Positions 9,068-18,309 are shown, numbered from the stretch's first letter. The stretch is 64,000 nt of DNA from Acidobacteriota bacterium (GCA_028877265.1 JAPPGX010000191.1:66144-130143), one strand, 5' to 3'. The notes: a model not told the origin generated them from the letters alone. Program-made: numbers and translations.

Positions 9068-9370
9068 CTACGCGGGAGGAGCGCGGGCGGGCTGGCGAAG
9101 GTAGAGCCGGGATCGGACCCGGACGACCTCGCGCGCTCGTTCAGGCGGATCCGCAGCATCGGCGAAGCCGATCTGCAACGAGCCGGAGAGCTCGGTGGCG
9201 GGCTGGTGTGGAGTCTGGCAGACCGCGCAGTGCTCATCGACGGAGTGCTCTTCGTGACAGAAGACCTCCGCCGCGGCGGCACCGGCCACCACCAACACCA
9301 GGAGAGCGATCCAGGCGCTCCAGCCAAGGCTGCGCCGGGCGAGCCTCGGGTGCGCGGTTCCTCGTCGCAT
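9068..9370 (-). CDS. Small N-terminally membrane-anchored Cys/His-rich protein (about 100 aa), putative metal-binding accessory protein of the downstream TonB receptor
   Basis: The sequence is MRRGTAHPRLARRSLGWSAWIALLVLVVAGAAAAEVFCHEEHSVDEHCAVCQTPHQP. A TM/signal helix is followed by C-H-x2-H...H-C-x2-C. It is reminiscent of DUF2946-type proteins found next to metal TonB-dependent receptors. There is no clear RBS. Confidence 0.35.
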   Translation of the reverse strand: MRRGTAHPRLARRSLGWSAWIALLVLVVAGAAAAEVFCHEEHSVDEHCAVCQTPHQPATELSGSLQIGFADAADPPERAREVVRVRSRLYLRQPARAPPA

Positions 9371-9572
9371 TGCTGTCGAATCGAACGGGCCAGTATACGG
9401 GCGACGAGTGTTTGCCGTAAGCCTCGTTTCGCCTCCGTCCCTGGATCATCGGTCTTCCACGTCCGGCCAAGACGCCACGCAGAACGCCTCGCAAAGGCGC
9501 AATTCGGCCGGGATCCATCTCCCGTCGGGCGCCGCCTGGGTTCTTGCCACGGGCTGCTAACGTCCACTCAAC

Positions 9573-12500
9573 ATGCTGGACCGACTCTCCGCCTGTCTCA
9601 CATTGCATCTGGTTTCCGGGTTTCTGGTGATTCCCTCGGGAGCGGCAATCGCGCAGCCCGTCCCGGTGGACTCCTCGCAGCTTGGCGGTCTCCAGTGGCG
9701 CACCATCGGGCCCGACGGGAACCGGCTGAGCGCCGCCGCTGGCGAGTGGGGCAACCCCGATGTCATCTACTTCGGCGCCGCGTCCGGGGGGATCTGGAAG
9801 ACCAGCGACCGGGGCGTCGCCTGGGAGCCGGTCTTCGACGACCAGGAGGCGGCTTCGATCAGCGCGCTCGCCGTTTCACCGTCCCATCCCGGCCAGGTGT
9901 GGGCCGGGACCGGCGAGACCTTCATCATCCGGCCGGCGCTCGCGATGGGGAACGGCATCTACCGTTCCACCGACGGCGGGCGGTCCTTCCATCACCGGGG
10001 CCTCGAGGCAACCGGGCGCATCGCCCGCATCCTGGTCCATCCCGAGGACCCGGACCTCGTCTACGCCTGCGCCCTGGGCCACTCCTATGCGCCGCAGCCG
10101 GAGCGCGGGGTCTATCGGACGCGGGACGGAGGCGCGAACTGGGACCTGGTGCTCCATGTGGACGAAGACACCGGTTGTTCCGACCTGGCGATGGACCTCC
10201 GCCATCCCGAGCGGCTGCTGGCCGGGATGTGGCAGCTCCAGATCGACACCGGCGGGCTCCGGAGCGGGGGGCCGGGCAGCGGGCTCTACCGCTCGCGCGA
10301 CGGGGGCGACTCCTGGGAACGAATTTCGGGCGCGAAGTCCGATTCCGCCGGAGGCCGGGGCCTGCCCGGCGGCGAAGACCATCCCATCGGCAAGGTCGCC
10401 GTGGGGATCGCCCCGAGCGACCCCGACCGCTGGTACGCCCTGATCGAGGACGAGAGTCCGGGCTTCTACCGCTCCGACGACGGCGGCGATTCCTGGCGCC
10501 TCATGATGACCCACCACGATCTCGCCGAACGGGCGCCCTACTACGTCCGGATCGCCGTGGATTCCGCGGACGCCAACCGCGTCTATTTCGCCTCGGTGCT
10601 CTTCAGTACCACCGTGGACGGCGGCCGCACGTTGATCGAGACCTCCTACCGCGCCGGCGGCGACAACCACGACGTCTGGGTGGATCCCTGGATGCCGGAG
10701 CGCATCCTGGTCGGGCACGACGGGGGCGGCAGCATCTCCGAGAACCGCGGCGCGAGCTGGCGCCGGGTCGTACCGCCGGTGGCCCAGATGTACCACGTCA
10801 CCGTGGACGACCGGATCCCCTACCGCGTCTACGGGAACCGCCAGGACGGCTACTCCTACCGGGGCCCCAGCCGGACCCCCGGCGGCGGAATCCCGCTCGG
10901 ACTCTGGGAGGGGGTCGGGGGCTGCGAGAGCGGCTGGGCTACCCCCGAACCCCACGACGACAACGTGGTCTGGTCGGGGTGTTACGACGGCGGGCTCGAG
11001 ATCTACGACGACCGCACGGGACACGTCCGTGACATCCGGGTCTGGCCGGAGGCGGGCTACGGCTGGGCGCCCGCGGACCTGAAGGTGCGCTGGCACTGGA
11101 ACTTCCCGATGGTCCTGTCGCGCCACGAACCGGGGACCACCTGGGTCGGCAGCCAGTTCGTGCACAAGAGCACGAACCGGGGCCAGTCGTGGGAGACCAT
11201 CAGCCCCGACCTGACCACGAACGACAAGTCGCGCCAGCAGGACTCCGGCGGCATCACCGTCGACAACCTCTACACCTTCGACGGCTCGGTGCTCTTCGCG
11301 CTCGCCGAGTCACCGGTCCAGGCGGGCCAGCTCTGGGCCGGAAGCGTGGACGGGAAGGTCCACGTCACCACCGACGGCGGGGAGACCTGGCTCGACCGCA
11401 GCGGGAACGTGCCGGAGCTCGACCAGGACGCCTGGATCAAGTTCATCGAGCCCTCGCACCACGATCCGGAGACCGCCTACCTGGCGGTGAGCTGGCACCA
11501 GTCGGGCGACTTCCGGCCGCACGTCTACCGCACCCGGAATCTCGGGGAGAGCTGGGAGCGCATCAGCGGCGGAATCCCCGAGTCCCCGTTCTCGTTCGTC
11601 CACGTGGTGCGGGAGGACCCGGGCCGCGCCGGCATCCTCTTCGCCGGCACCGACAACAAGGTCTGGGCCAGCCTCGACGACGGCGAATCCTGGTTCTCCC
11701 TCCAGCTCGACATGCCGCCGGCGCCCATCTACGGGATGGTCATCCAGGAACGCTTCCAGGACCTGGTGGTCGCGACCTACGGCCGCGGCTTCTACATCCT
11801 GGACGGTATCGGTCCGCTTCGGGATCTCGCCGAGGCGTCGAACGATCCGCTCCGGGTCTTCGATTCGCCGACCGCGTGGCGGTTCCTGCCGCGGCAGAGC
11901 ATCAAGTCGGAGCCGGGCAGCCTGGTGACCGGCCGGAACGCTCCCTATGGCGCTCCCATCTCCTGGTGGCTCGACGAGGATGCAGCTTCCGATCGGGCCG
12001 AAATCGCGATCGTGAACGCCGCAGGGGAGACCGTGCGAACGCTTCGCGGTCCCGGAGCCGCCGGGCTTTCACGGGTGTACTGGGACCTCCGCGGTGATAC
12101 CCCCGACCGGGCCACCCTCCGGACCCGGCCTCCCGACCGGGACTGGGTGGAAATGGGCGAGGACGGGCAGCGCCGGATCCGCACGTGGGACCTCGACATC
12201 TTCCCCGGTTACCGCGGTCTGCTTCAGCCACCCGGGTCCTACACTGCGCGGGTCACGGTGGGGGAGCACGCCGCGGAGACCACCCTGCGGGTGGAGGTCG
12301 ATCCCGCATCCGCCGCCACCCCCGACGACATCGGGGAGAAGTACGCGTTCCTGAACGCCATCCACGACCAGTTGAACGAACTGGCGGAGATGGTGGACGA
12401 GCTGGAGTGGGTGCGCCGCGAGATCGAGGGGCTCCGGGAGCGCCACGCCGGCGACGAGCGGTTCACCGCGCTGCTCGAAAGTGCGGGTGAGATCGCCGGC

Positions 12501-12791
12501 ACCGCGATCGCCATCGAGGGAAGGTTCTTCGACGTGGGGCTCACCGGAGCCCGCGAGGACGCTTTCCGGGCGCCGATGCGGCTCTACGGCCGCCTTGGCG
12601 CGCTCGCGAACGACGCCGGCTGGGACGGCGCCGACTTCGCGCCCACCGACCAGCAGCGCGAAGTCCACCGGGTTCTCACGGAGCGGTTCGAAACGGCCCG
12701 CGGGGAATACCGCCGGTTGATGGACGAACAGCTTCCGCCATTCTGGCGGGCGCTCGCCGAGGCGCGCGCAGGAGACGGCGGTCCGGATTAA
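9573..12791 (+). CDS. Secreted BNR/Asp-box repeat protein, sortilin/VPS10-like (Ycf48-like beta-propeller) family, about 1070 aa
   Basis: Multiple Asp-box motifs (S/T-x-D-x-G-x-S/T-W): RSTDGGRSF, RTRDGGANW, RSRDGGDSW, RSDDGGDSW, TTDGGETW, STNRGQSW, RTRNLGESW, SLDDGESW. It has an N-terminal signal-like segment. Confidence 0.8.
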   Translation: MLDRLSACLTLHLVSGFLVIPSGAAIAQPVPVDSSQLGGLQWRTIGPDGNRLSAAAGEWGNPDVIYFGAASGGIWKTSDRGVAWEPVFDDQEAASISALAVSPSHPGQVWAGTGETFIIRPALAMGNGIYRSTDGGRSFHHRGLEATGRIARILVHPEDPDLVYACALGHSYAPQPERGVYRTRDGGANWDLVLHVDEDTGCSDLAMDLRHPERLLAGMWQLQIDTGGLRSGGPGSGLYRSRDGGDSWERISGAKSDSAGGRGLPGGEDHPIGKVAVGIAPSDPDRWYALIEDESPGFYRSDDGGDSWRLMMTHHDLAERAPYYVRIAVDSADANRVYFASVLFSTTVDGGRTLIETSYRAGGDNHDVWVDPWMPERILVGHDGGGSISENRGASWRRVVPPVAQMYHVTVDDRIPYRVYGNRQDGYSYRGPSRTPGGGIPLGLWEGVGGCESGWATPEPHDDNVVWSGCYDGGLEIYDDRTGHVRDIRVWPEAGYGWAPADLKVRWHWNFPMVLSRHEPGTTWVGSQFVHKSTNRGQSWETISPDLTTNDKSRQQDSGGITVDNLYTFDGSVLFALAESPVQAGQLWAGSVDGKVHVTTDGGETWLDRSGNVPELDQDAWIKFIEPSHHDPETAYLAVSWHQSGDFRPHVYRTRNLGESWERISGGIPESPFSFVHVVREDPGRAGILFAGTDNKVWASLDDGESWFSLQLDMPPAPIYGMVIQERFQDLVVATYGRGFYILDGIGPLRDLAEASNDPLRVFDSPTAWRFLPRQSIKSEPGSLVTGRNAPYGAPISWWLDEDAASDRAEIAIVNAAGETVRTLRGPGAAGLSRVYWDLRGDTPDRATLRTRPPDRDWVEMGEDGQRRIRTWDLDIFPGYRGLLQPPGSYTARVTVGEHAAETTLRVEVDPASAATPDDIGEKYAFLNAIHDQLNELAEMVDELEWVRREIEGLRERHAGDERFTALLESAGEIAGTAIAIEGRFFDVGLTGAREDAFRAPMRLYGRLGALANDAGWDGADFAPTDQQREVHRVLTERFETARGEYRRLMDEQLPPFWRALAEARAGDGGPD

Positions 12792-14518
12792 TGAGCGAAG
12801 AGCGCTCCCGTTTCGGATCCCGGAATCTCCTGGCGGGGGTCGCGCTGGCTGCCTACGGCTGGTTCGCCGCCGCCTACGGGCCCGACGGCTCGTTCCCCGG
12901 ATCGGACTTCGGTTCGCTCGCCTACGGACTCTCCCGGCAGGGCCTCTGGTTTCTTCCCATCGGGATCCTCATCCCGCTGGTGCTGCCCCGGATGCGAGGC
13001 GTCCTCACCGGTTTCTTCCTGGTTCTGTTTCCGTCGCTGTTGATCGGAGCCGTAATGACCGCGCTCGTGGTCGCGGCTCCGGACGCCGCTCCCTGGTTGG
13101 TGCTGGAGAGCTTCGACTTTCCGGAAGTGGCAACGCTGCTCGCGCCGTTGACCGGAATGTTCGTCGGCGCGCTGTTCGGCGCCGTCATCGCGCGGGGGCC
13201 CGGCTCGGCGCTGGTCCTCATTCCGGTGCTGGTCGCCATCGCCGCGGTCCTCCTCGCGAGCGTCGCCGTGCTGCTCCTGCTGATCACCGACCGGGTTGCG
13301 GTGACGGATCCCATCGGGCCTCCCGGGTCTCCGGACGGCCAGTACCGCGACGCCTTCGCCGACTTCTATCGGGACGGAGCGCCCGGCTCGCAGGCGGCGC
13401 TGAACGCGGCCACCTTCGCCGCCGGCTTTCGCCTGGCGCTTGCCGCCGTGGGCGTGGACCCGGGCGTGCGGCTCCACGCGGCCCCGGCCGGCGATGCGAT
13501 GGAAATCGCCGGCTCGATGCCGATTGCCCTTCCCGCGTTCGGCGGGCGTTTCCTGAACATCGCGGCGACCGCGGCGCCGACCGTCGAGGACGGCGAGTTC
13601 CGGGCCGCGTTCCGGTCCGTCCGGGTTGGAGGCATCGAGGCGCCGGCCGTGCTCGTCCGGTCCTCGTCCCGGATCCTCTCACGCTGGCTGCGCGGGAACA
13701 CTGCGGTGGCGGCGCTGCTGGCGCCCTTCGATGAGGTCCGGGTTGCGGACTCGACGATCGTGGTGCGCTGGCGGGAGAGGGAGGACACGGGTGCGGGAGT
13801 CCATTCGCGGGTGGGCGGTTACCTGACGCTGCTCGTCCGGGACGCCGATCTTCTCCGGGAGCAACCGGACCGGACCTCCGCGGTGCTCAGGCGCACGTTC
13901 GCGCTCGCCGCCGTCCGTTCGGTGGGGGGCGACCCGCTGGCCGAGAACCGGGCCGCCCTGCTCGCCCTCGGGGGGGCGTTCGGACATCCCTCGCTGCTCG
14001 ACCTGGCGCGCGTGCCCGGTGGAGGGGAGGAAGCGCGAGGACTCCTGGACCGCCTGCCGCTCAGTCTGCACGGGCGTCGCGACTGGGCGCGCCATTTCTT
14101 CCTGAGCGCCGGCATGGTGCAGGTGGCGCCCGACGGCGTTTCGGGCGGGGCCGGGCTCTTGAAGGAACAACTCGACGCCGCGGAGGGCGGGACCGGGTTT
14201 TCCTTTGCCGACCTGTTGATGGACGAGGCGGGGACCCGCTTCGGGCTCACCGCGACCGGCGATGTGGCGCGGGCGCGCTGGATGCAGGTGCGGCTCGCCA
14301 ACGGCGTCCGGGAAGACGACCTCGCGCCGACCGATGCCGGGTTGCCCGAAGGGCTCAGCGCCGCGCGGCTGGAAGCCGAATTCGGCGGGGTGGGGGGCGA
14401 GGGCTTCCGGGACGTCGAGGCGGAGATCGTGCGCCTGGTGGACGCCCTGCCGCTCTACCGGATGCAGATTCCGGGGGCGCCGGCCGGCATCGCTCCTCCT
14501 TCGGGTACCCTGCCTTAG
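12791..14518 (+). CDS. Hypothetical membrane protein (N-terminal polytopic domain plus about 380-aa soluble domain), translationally coupled to the BNR protein gene
   Basis: Its ATG overlaps the upstream TAA (TAATG). The N-terminal 200 aa are strongly hydrophobic with about 5 helices. It has coding-like GC3 and no recognisable family. Confidence 0.6.
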   Translation: MSEERSRFGSRNLLAGVALAAYGWFAAAYGPDGSFPGSDFGSLAYGLSRQGLWFLPIGILIPLVLPRMRGVLTGFFLVLFPSLLIGAVMTALVVAAPDAAPWLVLESFDFPEVATLLAPLTGMFVGALFGAVIARGPGSALVLIPVLVAIAAVLLASVAVLLLLITDRVAVTDPIGPPGSPDGQYRDAFADFYRDGAPGSQAALNAATFAAGFRLALAAVGVDPGVRLHAAPAGDAMEIAGSMPIALPAFGGRFLNIAATAAPTVEDGEFRAAFRSVRVGGIEAPAVLVRSSSRILSRWLRGNTAVAALLAPFDEVRVADSTIVVRWREREDTGAGVHSRVGGYLTLLVRDADLLREQPDRTSAVLRRTFALAAVRSVGGDPLAENRAALLALGGAFGHPSLLDLARVPGGGEEARGLLDRLPLSLHGRRDWARHFFLSAGMVQVAPDGVSGGAGLLKEQLDAAEGGTGFSFADLLMDEAGTRFGLTATGDVARARWMQVRLANGVREDDLAPTDAGLPEGLSAARLEAEFGGVGGEGFRDVEAEIVRLVDALPLYRMQIPGAPAGIAPPSGTLP

Positions 14519-14701
14519 CAGCCTGTGGACAAAGTCACGCGGCATTCGAACGCCGATGCATCCCGCCTGAACCGCGCCTCTACGAGGCGCTCTGCGTTGC
14601 GTTTCGGTCGGAATACACTCGGTATTCCTCCCTCACGCGCCTGGTCAGCCGGGCGCCTCGGCGTTCTCGGTACTCACGTCACTTCATCCACAGGCTGCTA
14701 A
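14515..14701. repeat. MITE-like non-coding element: about 187 bp bounded by 25-bp terminal inverted repeats (15 bp perfect, 22/25 overall)
   Basis: TTAGCAGCCTGTGGA (14515-14529) is the reverse complement of TCCACAGGCTGCTAA (14687-14701). The flanks extend the match (CAAAGTCACG vs TGAAGTGACG). The interior carries hairpins GCGCCTC-TAC-GAGGCGC and GGAATAC-ACTCG-GTATTCC. Confidence 0.45.
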
Positions 14702-14753
14702 ACGCCATGAGGCTGATCGATCGAGCGCACCTCCCGGGAGACCGGGACCGCTG

Positions 14754-15857
14754 ATGGCCGACACGGCCTCGCTGCTCGACAGTTGGGAGAGCGAGGTCCA
14801 GGCGGCCTGGCTCTACCTGGTGCTCGCGGAGATCGAGACCGGAGAGAACAAGCGCCTCTTCGAAGCGCTCTCGGCGGACGCGCTGGAACAGAGCAAGTCG
14901 TGGGTCAAGGCGATCGAGGACGCGGGTGGTTCGCCTCCCGGCCCCTACGAGGCGCCCTTCCGGGTGCGGCTCGTGGGCACGCTGATCCGGCGGATCGGCC
15001 CGCGCTCGCTGCTGCCCGCGCTCGCCGCGCTGAAGGTGCGCGGCCTCTCCGTCTACCGGGCGGCGCCGTCGAGCCTCGAGGTGCTCATCGCGCAGGAGGC
15101 CGGTTCGAGCGTCCGCGCGGAGTCCCGCGATCACCTGCTGGGCGAAGAGCAGCGCCACCTCTACACCCGCGGGGCGGTCGCGCTTCACGCCGCGATCTTC
15201 GGGGCGAACGACGGGCTGGTGTCGAACACGGCCCTCATCCTGGCCGCGACGGGCGCCGGCGCCTCTCCGGGCACGGCGCTCCTCATCGGCGCCGCCGGAA
15301 TGGTGGCGGGCGCCGTTTCGATGGCCACCGGGGAGTACCTCGGGGTGCGCTCGCGGATCGAACTCTACGAGCGGCAGATCGCGCTCGAGGAGGAGGAGTT
15401 GCGGCTCTACCCGGACGACGAGGCCGAGGAGCTGGCGATGATCTTCGAGGCGCGTGGTCTCGAGCGCGAGGCCGCCCGCGATCTCGGCAAGCGCCTGATC
15501 AGCGAGCCCGCCCGCGCGCTCGATGTGCTGACGCGCGAGGAACTCGGCCTGAATCCGGACGATCTGGGTTCGCCCTGGGCATCGGCGCTGGCCTCGCTGC
15601 TGAGCTTCGGCGGCGGAGCGCTGGTCCCGCTGCTTCCCCTCGCGCTCCTCCCGGCGCTCGGTCTGGGCAGCGGCCCCGCACTGCTCGGAGCGGTGGCCCT
15701 GAGCGGGGTGGCGCTTTTCGTGTCGGGGGCGGCGACGAGCCTGTTCACGGGCCGTTCCGGCATTCGCAGCGGCTTTCGACTGGCCTCCGTGGGGCTTGCG
15801 CTCTCGGGTGTCCTTTACGGTCTCGGGCTCGTCGTCGGGGCGAGCCTCGGCGGCTGA
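14754..15857 (+). CDS. mbfA: Membrane-bound ferritin-like iron exporter: N-terminal erythrin (rubrerythrin/ferritin-like) domain fused to a VIT1/CCC1 family transporter (MbfA-like)
   Basis: The N-terminal ferritin-like helices carry E-x-x-H-type pairs (EIETGENKRLFEALSADALEQSKSW ... EEQRHL). The VIT1 signature AIFGANDGLVSNTALILAATGAG is followed by Gly-rich TM helices. The RBS is GGGAG. Confidence 0.8.
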   Translation: MADTASLLDSWESEVQAAWLYLVLAEIETGENKRLFEALSADALEQSKSWVKAIEDAGGSPPGPYEAPFRVRLVGTLIRRIGPRSLLPALAALKVRGLSVYRAAPSSLEVLIAQEAGSSVRAESRDHLLGEEQRHLYTRGAVALHAAIFGANDGLVSNTALILAATGAGASPGTALLIGAAGMVAGAVSMATGEYLGVRSRIELYERQIALEEEELRLYPDDEAEELAMIFEARGLEREAARDLGKRLISEPARALDVLTREELGLNPDDLGSPWASALASLLSFGGGALVPLLPLALLPALGLGSGPALLGAVALSGVALFVSGAATSLFTGRSGIRSGFRLASVGLALSGVLYGLGLVVGASLGG

Positions 15858-15864
15858 GGGCGAC

Positions 15865-16749
15865 ATGTTCAGGGGACGAGCGTCTGGTGCGGCGCTCGCC
15901 GCCCTCACGCTCCTGCTGGCGCTCGCCACGGGATGCGGATCGGATGACGCTCCCGCGCCCACGGCTCCGCCGCCTCTGGAGCCGCCCCCGGTCGGGCCGC
16001 CGCCGAACACGCTCGATCTTCCCGACGACCCCGGACATTTCTTCCTGGAAGTCTGGGAGGGCCCGGGTTTCGTTCCCATCGAATACTCGCTGGGACGGCC
16101 GCCCCGCTACGCGGTGACCGTCGGGGGCGAGCTCTATAGCGAGGGGCCGACCATCCAGATCTTTCCCGGCCCGCTGCTGCCGAACATCCAGGTGGGGCGG
16201 CTCTCCGCGGAGGACTTGGCGGCGATCATCGAGGCGACCGCGTCGACCGGGATCTCCCAGCTCGGGGAGGTGAACATTCCCCAGCCCACCACGGGTCCCG
16301 TGATCGCCGACGCGCCGACCTACGAGGTGGTGCTGCGTGACCGGCAGGGTTCGCACCTGCTCCGCATCGAGGCCCTGGGCTCGATATCGCACACCGATCC
16401 CCGGGTGATCGCGGTCCGCGAACTGATGCAGCGCCTCGACGAGGCCATCGCCGACACCGAGGCCGAGGTCTACCTCGGCGAACGCGTGCAGGTGTACGTC
16501 AGCGAGGGTCCCATGCCTCCCGAGCCGTCGGTGCTGAACGAGCGGCCCTGGCCGCTTCCGGACCCGCCGCCCGGGGACGAGGATGCGGAGGGCTTCGAGT
16601 GCCGGGTGTACGGGGGACAGGTTGCCGCGGGTCTCCTCGAGATCTTCGCGGACGCCGACCATGGAACGCGGTGGGACTACCACGGCGCCCTTCACCAGAT
16701 CCTCGCCCGTTCCCTGCTGCCTCACGAGGAGGGGTGCCGCACTTCGTGA
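15865..16749 (+). CDS. Hypothetical lipoprotein (Pro-rich linker, about 295 aa)
   Basis: ATG at 15865. Signal peptide plus lipobox LLLALATGCGSD, then a Pro-rich linker. It lies between mbfA and the serine hydrolase in the same orientation. Confidence 0.55.
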   Translation: MFRGRASGAALAALTLLLALATGCGSDDAPAPTAPPPLEPPPVGPPPNTLDLPDDPGHFFLEVWEGPGFVPIEYSLGRPPRYAVTVGGELYSEGPTIQIFPGPLLPNIQVGRLSAEDLAAIIEATASTGISQLGEVNIPQPTTGPVIADAPTYEVVLRDRQGSHLLRIEALGSISHTDPRVIAVRELMQRLDEAIADTEAEVYLGERVQVYVSEGPMPPEPSVLNERPWPLPDPPPGDEDAEGFECRVYGGQVAAGLLEIFADADHGTRWDYHGALHQILARSLLPHEEGCRTS

Positions 16750-18266
16750 ACGGCGGCGCAAGCTTCCGGCGTGCGGCGGCCCTGCTGCTCGCGGCGGTGC
16801 TGTGGTCGGCTCCCGTTTCGGCGTTCCAGGAGTTCGACGCCGGGGAGTTCCACGCCTACGTCGAGCAGGCGGTCGCCGACTGGGACGCCACCGGTCTCGC
16901 GGTCGCCGTCGTCCGGGGGCAGGAACTGTTGTTCGCTCGCGGTTACGGCGTCCTCGAACTCGGCAAGCCCGACGCGGTGGACCCCGACACCCTGTTCTCG
17001 GTCGGCTCGACCACCAAGGCGATGACCGCGGCGACGCTCGGCATCCTCGTGGATGAGGGGAAGCTGGCCTGGGACGATCCGGTGCGCCGGCACATCCCCG
17101 AGTTCGAGGTTGACGATCCCTGGGTCAGCGAGGCGATGACCGTGCGCGACCTCCTGACGCACCGCGGCGGGCTGCCGAACACCGATCTCTTCTGGTACGG
17201 CCAGGACACCGACATGGACGAGATGCTGTCGCGGCTCCGCCACGTCGAGCCCGCCTACTCGATGCGGTCCGGGTTCATCTACCAGAACGTGATGTACGCG
17301 ACCGCCGGCGAGGTCGTGAAGCGCGTCTCCGGGATGCCGTGGCATGACTTCGTGGACTCGCGCATCTTCGACCGGCTGGGGATGGAGCGAACGGTGGCCC
17401 TGCTCGCGCTCACCCGGGGCCGCGGCAACGTGGCCTCGCCCCACCATGTGGTGGACGGCGAGACGGTGGTGATCGAGAACGCGCCGGTGGATTCGGTGGC
17501 CGCGGCGGGATCGGTCTGGAGTTCCGTCCGCGAGATGTCGCTCTGGCTGCGCATGCTCCTCGCGTCCGGAGTGGCGGCCGACGGCACGCGGATTCTCAGC
17601 GAAGCGGTGGTCGAGGAGATGTTCCGCCCCCAGGCGCTGGTGGACCGGGCCGGTTTCTACCCGACCCAGCAACTGACGAAGCCCAAGTGGGTGACCTACG
17701 GCCTCGGCTGGTTCCAGCAGGACTACGACGGAGAGGCTCTCGACTTCCACACCGGGAGCATCGACGGGATGGTGGCCATCGCCGGCCTGATCCGGGACGA
17801 GGGGATCGGCGTCTATGTCCTCGGCAACCGCGACCACGTGGAGGTGCGGCACGCGCTGATGCTGCGCGGTCTCGATTCCCTGCTGGGAAAGCCGTTCCGG
17901 GACTGGAGCGCGGAGCTGAAGGAGGTCTACGTCGGCCTGGCCGAAGCGCAGGAGAAGACGCTCGCCGCGCTGCAGGCGGCGCGGACGGAGGACTCGCGGT
18001 CCCACCTCGAGCCGTCCGCGTACGCCGGGACCTACCGCCACGAGGTGGGAGGCGAGATCGTGGTCCGCGCCGGGGAGGAAGGCATCCGCCTCGAGTACGG
18101 CCCGGGTCTTCAGGGGCCGCTCACCCACTGGAGCCACGAGACCTTCCGGGTAGCCTGGGACGCCCGCTGGCGCGGCGAGTTGCTGGTGACCTTTGACCTC
18201 GATTCCGCGGGGAATCCCGCCGGCCTTTCGCTCGGCGAAACGAGGTTCCGGCGCGTCGCGGAGTAG
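16746..18266 (+). CDS. Secreted serine hydrolase of the beta-lactamase / penicillin-binding-protein (class C-like) family
   Basis: GTG at 16746 overlaps the upstream TGA (GTGA). Signal peptide RRAAALLLAAVLWSAPVSA. S-x-x-K active-site motif in FSVGSTTKAMTAATLGILV. The fold length fits family-EstB/AmpC-like esterases. Confidence 0.75.
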   Translation: MNGGASFRRAAALLLAAVLWSAPVSAFQEFDAGEFHAYVEQAVADWDATGLAVAVVRGQELLFARGYGVLELGKPDAVDPDTLFSVGSTTKAMTAATLGILVDEGKLAWDDPVRRHIPEFEVDDPWVSEAMTVRDLLTHRGGLPNTDLFWYGQDTDMDEMLSRLRHVEPAYSMRSGFIYQNVMYATAGEVVKRVSGMPWHDFVDSRIFDRLGMERTVALLALTRGRGNVASPHHVVDGETVVIENAPVDSVAAAGSVWSSVREMSLWLRMLLASGVAADGTRILSEAVVEEMFRPQALVDRAGFYPTQQLTKPKWVTYGLGWFQQDYDGEALDFHTGSIDGMVAIAGLIRDEGIGVYVLGNRDHVEVRHALMLRGLDSLLGKPFRDWSAELKEVYVGLAEAQEKTLAALQAARTEDSRSHLEPSAYAGTYRHEVGGEIVVRAGEEGIRLEYGPGLQGPLTHWSHETFRVAWDARWRGELLVTFDLDSAGNPAGLSLGETRFRRVAE

Positions 18267-18309
18267 CCTTGACGGCACTGTCGTTCCTTCCTATCCTGCT
18301 CGCACGAAG

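Noticed and set aside
8995-9567. 190-aa minus-strand ORF overlapping the small Cys/His protein ORF and the promoter region
   Set aside because: It is low-complexity Arg/Ser/Pro-rich with no motifs. It spans the divergent promoter region. The shorter 9068-9370 frame has a TM helix and Cys/His motif and is preferred, itself only at low confidence.
9876-11165. 429-aa minus-strand ORF and other plus-frame ORFs (9035-11032, 9760-10443) over the BNR gene
   Set aside because: The BNR frame shows eight Asp-box repeats. The alternatives are Arg/Pro/Gly-rich artefacts.
14679-16117. 466-aa minus ORF and 444-aa plus ORF (14783-16117) overlapping mbfA
   Set aside because: The mbfA frame has a textbook VIT1 signature. 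The alternatives are low-complexity.
16722-18278. 518-aa minus-strand ORF antisense to the beta-lactamase-family gene
   Set aside because: It is antisense to a gene with an S-x-x-K motif and signal peptide and has no domains.
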